NCBI GenBank assembly: GCA_043228905.1
Contig: JBHGNT010000010.1
Span: forward strand, 5,828,001-5,892,000
Direction of reading: 5' to 3'
DNA from: Azolla caroliniana
Lineage: Eukaryota; Plantae; Polypodiophyta
DNA length: 64,000 nucleotides
The position numbers and the translations under genes are program-made. Below, piece after piece: positions 16,677 to 27,386 of the stretch (positions are counted from its first letter, which is position 1; each line of letters opens with the position of its first letter). A model generated the notes under the pieces. It was not told the DNA's origin. It saw only the letters and a list, made by a program, of their open reading frames with translations, and did no database searches.

Positions 16677-17270
16677 CCTGCATACGACACAGTGGACGAC
16701 GACGAACTCCTGCTGCCTACATGCCTTCAGGTAATCACTGTCACTGTTTTAATCATTGATTCCCTGATTCACAATTATATAGACTAGTGGTGCATGATCG
16801 ATGCAGGTCTTAAAATGGGAGGTTCTAATCTTCATATACTTGCATAAAAAAGGTACACAAACAGAACTTTGATAACAACCATGACAATCTTGTTGCATTT
16901 CGTCAAGAAAAGGAGTTGTGCACCATGAACATGTTGCCTTTGGTAAGGGAACAACGAAGTGATCGTCAAGGCAATTAAGATAATTTATTAAAGAAATAGA
17001 AAATTAAGCTGTAGCTCTCAGATGCAATGTAGATACAAATTTGGCCATGATTGGAAATTTGGATACACACCCGTAGTTTTTTGCTTTATACTAAAACAAA
17101 AACAATTGAGGTGATTGGATATATACAAGATGTATACAAGTTGCTGTGAGGAGTTTGTTGTATTAGCATGCTTCTTATAATCATCCCTTCATCTACTTTG
17201 ATATTTGGTGACCTAATATATGATTTTGTCTCATTACATACAATGTTTTTTTATTTAACAAAGTACAGCT

Positions 17271-18521
17271 ATGGCCAGAGCCCATCCCTGCAGGCCTCCA
17301 CCATTTCCACCATTGCTGCTACCGTGGCCCCGCTTCTTCTCAGCCAACATACCTGGCATGACCAGGAAGCGGAAGGAGAAAGACTATGAACGCCTTGTTG
17401 ACCTCGACAAACCTTACAAGAAGATGATGGCATTGAAGGACCTCCTGCTCAAAGAACCCGAGAATGTGCTCTCTCTAGCTGAGCTTGACCGGTGCCGCTC
17501 TCCTTCCAGAGATCGGTTCAGGAGCATCATCGTCAAGCACCCTGGCTTCTTCAAGCTTTACAAAGATGAAGATCAGAACCTTTGGTGTGGCTTTCAACCA
17601 CATGCTCAGCTGCTCGTGGAACGAGAGCAGGCGTTGAGGAGAAGATATGAGTCTATCTCCGTGCAGAATCTTAGAAAACTTCTGATGATGTCGGTAAATA
17701 GACGTCTCAGGGTGCCAAAGATAGCACAGTTGCGTAAAGACTTGGGTTTTCCTGTCGATTTTCATTCCAGGCTAGTATATTCTTATCCGCAGTACTTTAG
17801 GGTTGTAGAGGAGCCCAAGTGCAATGGGAATGAAGACGGACCACTTCTTGAGCTCACATCATGGGATCCTTCTCTAGCAATCACAAGTTTGGAGGTTAGA
17901 GCTAGAGAGAGAGGCGAACTTAATTCTGAAGGGGAGCCCTTGTTTAAGATGTGTGTTTCACAGTCCCTTAAGCTGTCAGAAAAGCAGCAGGAAGGTATGG
18001 CTAGATTTCAAGAGAGACCTTTCATTTCGCCTTATGCTGATACAAAGGACTTCAATGCCAATACATTGGAGTTTGAGAAACGTCAGGTAGCTTTGGTGCA
18101 TGAGATCTTGAGCATGACTTTGGAGAAGAAGATATTGTTTGACTACCTCACTCACTTCAGGAAAGAGTATAGATTACCTCAAAACCTTCTGGCCATGGTT
18201 ATTCGCCACCATTCGATATTCTACATGTCGAGAAAAGGTGGCCGGTTTGTCGTTTTTCTGAAAGAGGCTTATGATGGGACTAATTTGGTTCACAAGAATG
18301 AATGGATACTTCTCAAAGAGGAGTATGCTGGCCTAATGGATGGTAAAAAGCCTCCAAGATCCGAAGAAAACAGGTTTATAGAGAGAAGTACTTGTTTACA
18401 TAAGAACAATTATAATGTTGCAAGCACAGGAGTGTTGTCAGCTGAGGATGAAGATGCTGAACTTGATGCCCTAGTGGGCCTCCTTAAGAATATCAAGGAA
18501 GAAGATGTAGATCATCACTAG
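17271..18521 (+). CDS. PORR-domain (plant organelle RNA recognition; WTF1/RPD1/WTF9 family) protein, 416 aa, intronless CDS
   Basis: Motifs LRKLLMMS, LRKDLGFPVDF..YPQYFRVV, LELTSWDPSLA, PFISPY, FEKRQVALVHEILSMTLEK, RHHSIFYMS..VFLKEAY. Probable 5'UTR intron 16731-17268 and 3'UTR intron 18531-18667. Confidence 0.93.
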   Translation: MARAHPCRPPPFPPLLLPWPRFFSANIPGMTRKRKEKDYERLVDLDKPYKKMMALKDLLLKEPENVLSLAELDRCRSPSRDRFRSIIVKHPGFFKLYKDEDQNLWCGFQPHAQLLVEREQALRRRYESISVQNLRKLLMMSVNRRLRVPKIAQLRKDLGFPVDFHSRLVYSYPQYFRVVEEPKCNGNEDGPLLELTSWDPSLAITSLEVRARERGELNSEGEPLFKMCVSQSLKLSEKQQEGMARFQERPFISPYADTKDFNANTLEFEKRQVALVHEILSMTLEKKILFDYLTHFRKEYRLPQNLLAMVIRHHSIFYMSRKGGRFVVFLKEAYDGTNLVHKNEWILLKEEYAGLMDGKKPPRSEENRFIERSTCLHKNNYNVASTGVLSAEDEDAELDALVGLLKNIKEEDVDHH

Positions 18522-21500
18522 ACTACATTGGTAAGATCTTCTTTATGTTTTATTTTTCTCTCTTTTTGCTGTAAAAACTCATTTCTATCTATTGTCAAAG
18601 GAAGCTTTTGAAAGTTCAGAGTTACAAATGTGTTTGTAAACTAAAAATCTGATGAACTCTTTACCAGATTGAAAAAACACAGTGCTGTAAAGCTTTAAAG
18701 TGACCAAAATTGCACGAACTTACTGGTTATTCGTTGGAGGCTTGGAAGTTATCATCCTCAAGCCTTTTGGGATGAACACGAACTTACTGGTTATTCCACA
18801 CTAAGCTGAATCACATCTGAAACTGAAGATAAGTTGGTCATGTGCCAGAATGTCACTTCAAAACAAAAGTCATGCAATAAGTGCCACCTCAACCAAGGGC
18901 ATCTTGTGATCAAGGGAATATTGCAAATGCCTTTAGCCAGGAGGGGAATCTTCAGGTGACAAATATGAATTACAGACGTTTAGAACTATGGGAAGTCATG
19001 ACGAACTAATTATGCCATGCGCAATGACAGATGGTTATCATCATTCCTTACTATGTAGAACTGAGTATACATGTCAACTTATGTGCCTGATTTTGCTGCT
19101 TAGCCATTTGCTCAATGGACAAAATCCTCCAGATACATATCCATATTGATTTCCTTAGGATTTCCCTGTGGAAACCAGTCATCTTCCTTTTCTAATTTCA
19201 TATGAATATGAAAGGAACCTTCGTATTCATGCATTGTAGCTACAGTTTTGGCCAAAACATTGGCTAATAAACCTCGTTCTGTATAATCTATTCTTGAGTC
19301 AGAGATAAGTAGTTAAAGCACTTCTCCACTGATTGGCTAACTTCATACTGTAAAATGTATACACAATTTTGTCCAAAGTATTGGCAAGGAAACCTTGTTC
19401 TGCATAATATATTAAATGAGTCAGAGACAAGTGGTCAAAGCACTGGTGGGCTAACATGATACTGTAAATGAATATATAGAGGTATAGACAAAGTATGTCC
19501 TGTAGAATGGAAAAAGCAGTTGTGGTGGTAACTGCTGAAGAAGAAATACCAATGAAATGAAAAGTGTGTTGAATTTTCATCTCAGCTGGTCATCATGAGG
19601 TGGATGTTCTCTAAGTCTTGTCTCTTTACTGATGTGAAAGAGGCACTTTGCAACTTCAGAAGGCTCAAACAGATGCATCTGCATTCAGATTCTCATGCAA
19701 ATGTGTGAATTGGTCATGTAAGATGATGTCACAGCAGGTAAGATTTCAATTGGTCATCATCTACCTTGACTCCTTCACTGGGATTATCCACATTGTCTGC
19801 AAATATTGAGTGTATATGATCGCCATAGCCATGCCATATATTTGTTCTGCCTATAAAAATCTCATCTTGATTGTGCTATGAACTCTTCTAGTTGGTCAAT
19901 GTATAGATGGAAAAGAGTAGGTGATACATGACATCCTTGTTTCACTGCCACAGGGCTTATAATGAAGCCATTATTCTTCAATCTCCATCTCACTTGCTGA
20001 AACTATGTATACGTGGCATTAGAATGAAGAAGGGAGAAAGAGAAACAATAGGCGTTTCTCTGCTGCTCACTGAAGCAGCAGAGAAAGAGGGAAGAGCAGC
20101 CGACTTCCAAAGACTTCGTTCTGGCTGGTACCATATCAGAAGAAACTCTTATGTTCGGAATGCTCCTCATCTGGAGGAGAGTTATTCGACTGCTTGACAG
20201 ATCCATGTTAGTGCTCTTAATGGATGAGGTGGCTTTACAATATGAAAAAATTCTTAAGATGGTTTTACAAGCATGAACCACATGACTATTCTGTATGGGG
20301 TGATACATGGTAAGGGAATGTGGAATTTGATGTGTGTTGGTGTGGTGGAATGTTGCTGTGATGAAGTAAACTAATTCTGTTTGGGTGTCTGTGCAGCTCA
20401 GACAATGTGACTGATGATCTCCATGAAGTGGTGTTGGTATGGCTCATATGCACTAAATCTTTTGTTAAATTAACTTTCCTTGGCTTGCTCAATCACAACT
20501 CCGGGTGGTTTACCCCTTGCTACAGACCTCAAGTATGGCTTAACTAACAAAGTTTGTCATCCCTAGATAAGAACATCAATCATGTGCCTCAGTTTCATCA
20601 ATCTTTTGAGAAGCTCAAGGAATGATCTTTGTATTAGGCAATGTAATCGAAGTCTTTTGTGTGTGGAGAAATACCTTGTTCTTGTTCTTTTCATCATCTT
20701 ATAGAGATTTTTAGTATCGGTTGGGTGAGTTTTTGATGATTGGCTCATTGTAGTCACCATTTCGATTTGGGTGTCTGAATGCCACTGACGCAGCCAGATG
20801 TGGGATGAAGTCTTTGCCATGTATCATCAATGACAACATGACGAATAGATGTTTTTTGTCTATGTTTTGATGTGAAAGACTTGAGCTGGACATCAATCTT
20901 TTATGTCATCTTGCTGCCTAGCCACTTGCTTGCAGTTATATATGCTAACATTCATTCATACATGTGGGTGTGGTAGTTGTACATACTTTTTCAACTTTTC
21001 AAACCAAAGAGTCAAAAGAAACCTTGTTCCTCTTGTTCCTTACCTTTTCCTTGTGCCTTTGTGTTTCTAGTAGAGAATAGAATGGTTACATTCATTGGTC
21101 ATTGACATCAACTATGAATCTAGTTTGTCGGAGCCAATTGATATATAATTTATGTTATAGCCCACCACAATATCTAATTCATCTTTGAATATAATCTTCT
21201 TCTTTAAAATCACATAATAAGGGAGATGCCCTCAATTGCAATTTCGAAGGTGAGCCTTCCGTTTATAGACCTTAAGTGACTTGCAAATTGGTTTAGACTT
21301 TTTCACGAACTTGTTAAGTGAACTTGCTGTAGTTGCTCCGAATCATCTCGATCAAATCGGGTCTTCAATTCATTCGATAGGATACCGCTCAATGAAGGAC
21401 TTAGTACAGAATCCAAATAAATTGATCTCCGGTTATCTTTTGGCTGCCATCATTGTTCTAAGCATAAAAGAAAACATAACGCAACTTCAGAATATAAAGC

Positions 21501-21581
21501 ACGGATCAGAATGGTAACAAATGAAGTAGATACAACTGCAGAATATAAAGCACAGATCACAATGATTACAAAATGCATGGC

Positions 21582-21601
21582 TTTAGGGTTAGGGTTTAGG
21601 G
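21582..21601 (+). repeat. Short interstitial telomere-like / telobox tract TTTAGGG TTAGGG TTTAGGG
   Basis: Directly visible. Confidence 0.7.
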
Positions 21602-22185
21602 TTCAAGCCATATTTCTTTTCTTTCTTTATGAAGAATTTGGATGCAGCAACATCCAATCCAATAACAACCTGAGGTAAAAAGGAGTTCTTGGGGAAGACA
21701 ATGAACGAGCACATGCGCTAACATTTATTGTATTAAATCCATTAGCCAAAGAAGAAACTAGTTTTCTTTCTGACGAGGAGGAAGACGAAGCAGCAGAAAC
21801 CAACCTAGGGGGGGGATCAGAATCCACAGATTAAGAAGATATGGGAGGACTACTAGACACTTGAGTTTTAGTGGCATAGACCATTTCCGCAGTTCTGATG
21901 GAAATAGGGGATAACCCTCTCATATCTGAATTATGATGGCTTCTTCGAAAGAATTAGGGTTTGACATTGGGGAAGAATATGGTTCAAAAGAAAAGGAAGC
22001 AGATGATGATGATGATGATGGTATTGGTTGTGGTCCTGCACAGTCAAGAAGCAAAAATAGGAGAGAACAGAATAGAGATAAGATTTCTGAGGGAGAAACC
22101 ACAAAATGGTTTTCAGTGAAGAAGAGCAGAGAGAGTAGATGAAAAAGAAGAAGAGAGAAGAGACATAGGAGTTATTTTGAGAAGA

Positions 22186-22907
22186 GATATGTATATGTAT
22201 GTAATGGAGACTCAAACTTTGGGCCCACACACAATACATGTAGAAATGGGCAGACATATATATGCCTATCCCATATTTTGTCCCACATACAATGGCATAT
22301 GGCCAAGAACCCTATAAATAGGGACTAGGGTGGCACTTGTGCTACCACATACAAAAATCATGGCTAAGAATAAATTGCTCTGAACTGTGAAAAAAGCCAT
22401 GGCTTACATTGAGCAAGATGTGGCTTGTTGCCTCTTCCTCCTCCAGAAAACTGGAGCGAGAAAAAAAGGAGAACGAAAGGAGGAGTAAGAAGAAGCCTCT
22501 CCCATAATTGGGAGTGGCCATAACTTGAATAACGCCCGTAAAGTATCCTAGCGACAAGATGGGCGTTGTTCCAATTATGGCCACTCCCAATTATGGGAGA
22601 GGCTTCTTCTTTCTCGCTTCAGTTTTCTCAAGGAGGAGAGGAAGTGGAGGAGGAAGAGGCAACAAGCCATGTCTTGCTCAATGCAAGCCATGACTTTTTT
22701 CATAGCTAAGAGCAGTTTATTCTTAGCAATGATTTTTGTATGTGTAGCACAAGTGGCTCCCTAGTCCCTATTTATAGGTTTCTTGGCCATATGCCATTGT
22801 ATGTGGGACATATGGGATGGGCATGGGCATATATGTCTGCTCATTTCTAAAATATTGTGTGTGGGCCCAAAGTTTTTGTGTCCATTACATACATATATAC
22901 ATATATC
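22186..22907. repeat. Long inverted repeat (~350-bp arms, ~19-nt loop at 22540-22558); candidate hairpin RNA locus
   Basis: Arms align throughout, e.g. AAGAAGAAGCCTCTCCCATAATTGGGAGTGGCCATAA versus TTATGGCCACTCCCAATTATGGGAGAGGCTTCTTCTT, and CCTATAAATAGGGACTAGGG versus CCCTAGTCCCTATTTATAGG. Confidence 0.95.
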
Positions 22908-22991
22908 ATTGTGGGCTTCTCCTCCTTCTTCCTGCCCATCCTACGTATATGTATTGTATTGTATTGTATTGTGTGTGAGGGGTTTCATAGA

Positions 22992-23287
22992 TATGCCTTT
23001 GTATGTGGGACAAATGACATGAAATGGGATGGGATGCCTGCCCATAATTTCATGGAAATGGAAACCTTTTCTGTGTTTTACGTGCTTTTTACTCCTCTTA
23101 ACAACCCTATAAAATCTTTTCGAATTCTCGTGCATAGAGCTCATAGAAATATGCCTTTGTATGTGGGATAATTGAAATGAAATGGTATGGGATTGCTGCC
23201 CATAATTTGATGGAAAGGTAAACCTTTTTTTGTGTTTTCCTTTCTTTTCACTCTTAATAAACGCACAATCTTTTCGAATTCTTGTGC
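22992..23287. repeat. Tandem duplication, ~158-bp unit x2
   Basis: ATATGCCTTTGTATGTGGGA..GAAATGG.ATGGGAT..TGCCCATAATTT..TCTTTTCGAATTCT is repeated. Confidence 0.85.
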
Positions 23288-23411
23288 CAGTATAAACATA
23301 TCGTTAACAACATTCTAAACATTTTACATTACAACATATTGATCCCATTTTTTAATTCATTCTCTTGTACATGCTTGCATGAGTGTGACACATATGACTA
23401 GCGCGCGCACG

Positions 23412-23618
23412 CACACACCCCTTGCATATACACTAGCATACATAAAACATATACGAACACATACATACTTATACATACACACACACCCCTTGCATATACA
23501 CTAGCATACATAAAACATATACGAACACATACATACTTATACACACACACACACACACCCCTTGCATATACACTAGCATACATAAAACATATACAAACAC
23601 ATACATACACACACATAT
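23412..23618. repeat. Minisatellite, ~70-bp unit x3 with CA microsatellite
   Basis: CACCCCTTGCATATACACTAGCATACATAAAACATATACGAACACATACATAC occurs three times. Confidence 0.9.
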
Positions 23619-24089
23619 TTTACATGTATACATTCATAACTAAGCCATACATAAGCATTTACAAAAAAAATTGTCTTTATGTATGGATGCAATTGTGTAT
23701 TTGTGTTTATGTATGTTTGTATCGTTAACTATTGTAATTTCTGTGCATGCTTGTGTGCATGTGCCTTTATGTATGTTTGTATTATTAATCCTTTATGTAT
23801 GTGTGTGACAAATTTGCTTTGGTTCAAAAGGGATCCAAATTGAGCATGGAATATGAGGGACGTATCAATGAATAAATGTTGCTTGTTACTATGGGTTTAA
23901 TGGAATATGGATGCTTTAGGTTACTATCAAATCTAATGGAATAGAGTATCAAAGTTTTTAAGCTACAATCAAATCTTATAGAATAAATGATAGTTTGTGT
24001 AACACTTTTTCAATTATGAAAGTGTAAAGTATCTTTATTATGGAAATCATGTATGTCCCCTTTTGGGAAAAAAAAGAGTATGTCCCAAT

Positions 24090-26689
24090 CATAGATTGAC
24101 ATATTCGCATTCGTGGGGCCTCCCCCACGAATACGCATAAGAATACATCTTCCAATATTCGTTAACTTTTTTCCCCTAATTTTTTTTTGAAAAAATGTAT
24201 TCGACGAGTAGCAAATAGGGAAGAGCTTTGTAGGGAATAGCAATCAACAAGGAACAACATCAAACATCGGCTCCTTCAAATTTAGGGTTCGCCTACGTCC
24301 TTTCCTCCTCTTGCGTAAGACATACGTTTGGGCAAAACTCGGTAAGACTCTCTGTCTTCTACATTTCCTCATACTTTGTGATGTTTGATGTCCCAACCTC
24401 TGGTATAATCTTCTATTTAAATTCTTATGTCTCTTGGCACTACACAAATTTGACTAGTATTTCTTGATGCTTGTGTGTGTGGTTTAGGCATTGAAAGTTT
24501 ATATTTGTACTTTTTCAAAGTTATATGGCAGATTTCGCTGTTTGGCCCAAATGTGGTCATTATATAGTTACCTCAAATTCGGATCAATCCCCGTTGCATA
24601 TCCTGCTATTGATAATTGTGTTTGGATAATGAATTTCTACTCTTTTTACTCCTTTGAATGCATATAACCATGACCATTGGTTAGTGACAGTCCTACTAAG
24701 GCATATAAAGAAAATGATAAGCTGTGTAATTGAACCAACTTTGAGAAAAAGGTATCCTATCTCCCCACCTATGCTTGGTAATGATGAGGATCATATGGAA
24801 ATAACTCCATGGAATATGAAGATGTTAGGAGCTATGGTGATGAAAACATATTGAAAATAATTGCATGGATTATGAATATGCTATGGGTTTTTTATCAATT
24901 GGGTCATTTAATATAGTGTATTTTGTTGCATAATTTAGTCATAGTATCCTGAGTAAATTGGTTGTGGAGGCATTCTATTTGAGACCTCTTTCTACATATT
25001 ACTTCCTGAAAATTAGGGTTTGGGCAAAACTCGGTAAGTCTCTCTTCTCAGTTGTCCAATAATCCATGATTTATTCATGCAATGATCATATAATATTAGA
25101 TTTTAATTGGAGGCATTGTAGGATCATCCAAACTTAATTAGATTTTAATTAGAGGCCGGATTAATTGGAGGCAAAACTCTTTCTTATGTAATTTTTCTGT
25201 TAATTGGTGATTTTTCCTTTTTTTCTAAAGTGAATTGAATAATTTTTATTATGTAAATTTATTTTCCATAAACGAATGGTTTTATAATATTCTTGGAGCA
25301 ATTTTATATTCTCGAATACCACGAATATTGCAGATGTCAAATACCATGCATATCACGCATGGGTTAATCTATGGAACTTCTAACCATAACTGCCAGTATG
25401 AATTTGGAGATCGAACAATTGGATGTCAAGGAAACATTCCTGCATGGGGAGTTAGACGAGGAGATCTACATGCAACAGCCCGAAGGCTTTGTAGAGAAAG
25501 GTAAAGAGAACTTGGTGTGTCGACTGAAGAAAAGCTTGTATGGTCTAAAACAAGTTTCACGCTAATGGTATAAGAAGTTTGAATCCTTTATGTTGGAACA
25601 TGGGTTCCATAAAAAATAGGCCGATCACTGTGTGTTCGTCAAAAGGTACAATGAAGGTGACTTCTTAATTCTCTTATTATATGTGGACGACATGTTGATA
25701 GTCGAACAAGATACAAGGAAGAACGGAAGCTTGAAGAAAGCACTCGACAACTCATTTGCCATGAAAGATCTGTGCGAAATAGCGCTCAGCCACAATCGAG
25801 TCTCAAACTAACGATGGAAGAAATAAACAAAAATAGGCAATGCACTTACATAGACAACACCGAATGTTTACGTGGGAAAAACCCTAATCGAGAAAAACGA
25901 TGGGAGCCCACAAACTCCAACTATCACTATGAGAGGGAGGATACAACAAGAGACTCGGAGGCAACGACCTTGAGTTCTATATCTTCGTCAATCGGCGGTT
26001 ACAACAGAAAACTTTATGTGTCTATCTCGCCCTCTATCTCTTTATACAATGATGATCACCACCATAGATTGACATATTCGCATTCGTCGCATTTCCTATT
26101 CGAATGCAAACGAATACGAATATGAATGGGTGGTCAAGTATTCGTTTAACCAAAAAAAAAACACTCTCTCTTTTTTAATTTCCTAAGATAGAAAAAAAGA
26201 AGTTGACAATAAATAGGGATAATAAAAGAGGGACTTGGGGACTTGACACTACTTATAAGTATTCGTTTTATTTTTAATAAATAAATAAAATAAAATAAAG
26301 GCTCATTAATTTCTCACTTTTTATTCCCTCAAAATTTATGGATATTTTTATCTTGACATTAAAAATAGTACTTCAAACTAATCATATCTTCAAAGTTCAT
26401 ACTAATCATATTTGTATAATAAATATAAAAATATTCGTTTTTTAAAAATTAATCAATTAATTGATTAATTAAAATAAGTTTCATAAATTCTCTTAACACT
26501 ATAATCTTTTAATGAATAATTGTTCTTTTTTTGGTAAAATATATTTATTCAAATAAATAAATAAATTTTTTATATTTATTTTGCAAAACGAATGGTTTTT
26601 TAATATTCTTGGGGCCATTTCGTATTCTCGAATATTGAGAATATTGTGCGTGGAGAATATCACGAATATCACGCATGGGTCAATCTATG
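24090..26689. mobile_element. Composite hAT-type transposon: element A (24090-25373) + Copia cargo (25374-26062) + element B (26063-26689)
   Basis: TIR CATAGATTGAC at 24090 and 26063. Right TIRs are GTTAATCTATG (25363-25373) and GTCAATCTATG (26679-26689). An identical 8-bp TSD GTCCCAAT occurs only at 24082-24089 and 26690-26697. Confidence 0.85.
25374..26062 (+). mobile_element. Copia RT fragment followed by an LTR-like fragment
   Basis: LEIEQLDVKETFLHGELDEEIYMQQPEGF..VCRLKKSLYGLKQ..*WY..LLLYVDDMLI..FAMKDL (25374-25770, with stops). An LTR-like segment starting TGTGCG follows at 25771. Confidence 0.88.
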
Positions 26690-27386
26690 GTCCCAATAGT
26701 AGAGAATCAACATGCTTGGAAACACGAGTTTTTGCAATTGATTTAACTAATTTAATTGGTGAAAATAAAGTTTACGTAATATATATAAAAAGTTTTGGAT
26801 ATTGTTCAACATCGACAACATGATCCTTGCAATTTGTTCTCACAATGAAATAATAATAATAGTAATGTTGATAACGAACCTTTCTCAAATTTTATGGTAT
26901 CTAACTACACTCAACAATATCATAGTAAACGTTGTAAATTTTGGACCCTCTTTACGATTTCGATTATAAGTTATTGTTTGTGACGGTTTCTCTTGTACAT
27001 TTTATGCCATAGGATGTCACTTGCAAACAATCAAAAGGTAATAACGAGTTTACAATACATGACATGTTGAAAGGCTAAAAAGGGATTTAAGAATGTTTTA
27101 GTCAATGGGTACATTGAGTGGTTGTTAGTATCAATGCACTATATTCTTATTGTAGGACCCAAGACATTTATGGGACCTAGTATATGGATCTGTGTATATC
27201 AAGAGTCAAGACTTTGCACAACACCTCGACTATAGGGTTTTTATACCCAAAAAAAGTAACCATGTAGCATTCAAAGTTCAGCAATATAAAGTCAAGGTCC
27301 ATAACCGAAAGAAAGCAAAGTGCATGTTAAAAATATCGTTGAGAATGAGCAATTATGCTCATAATTACTGTAAAGAGTCAAGTGTA

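Noticed and set aside
21170-21460. Stop-riddled minus-strand reading downstream of the telobox as a decayed gene
   Set aside because: No family could be recognised confidently, and there are many stops in all frames.
22424-22445. TGCCTCTTCC similarity to miR408
   Set aside because: Only a 10-nt match in a pyrimidine-rich stretch; the rest of the mature sequence is absent.
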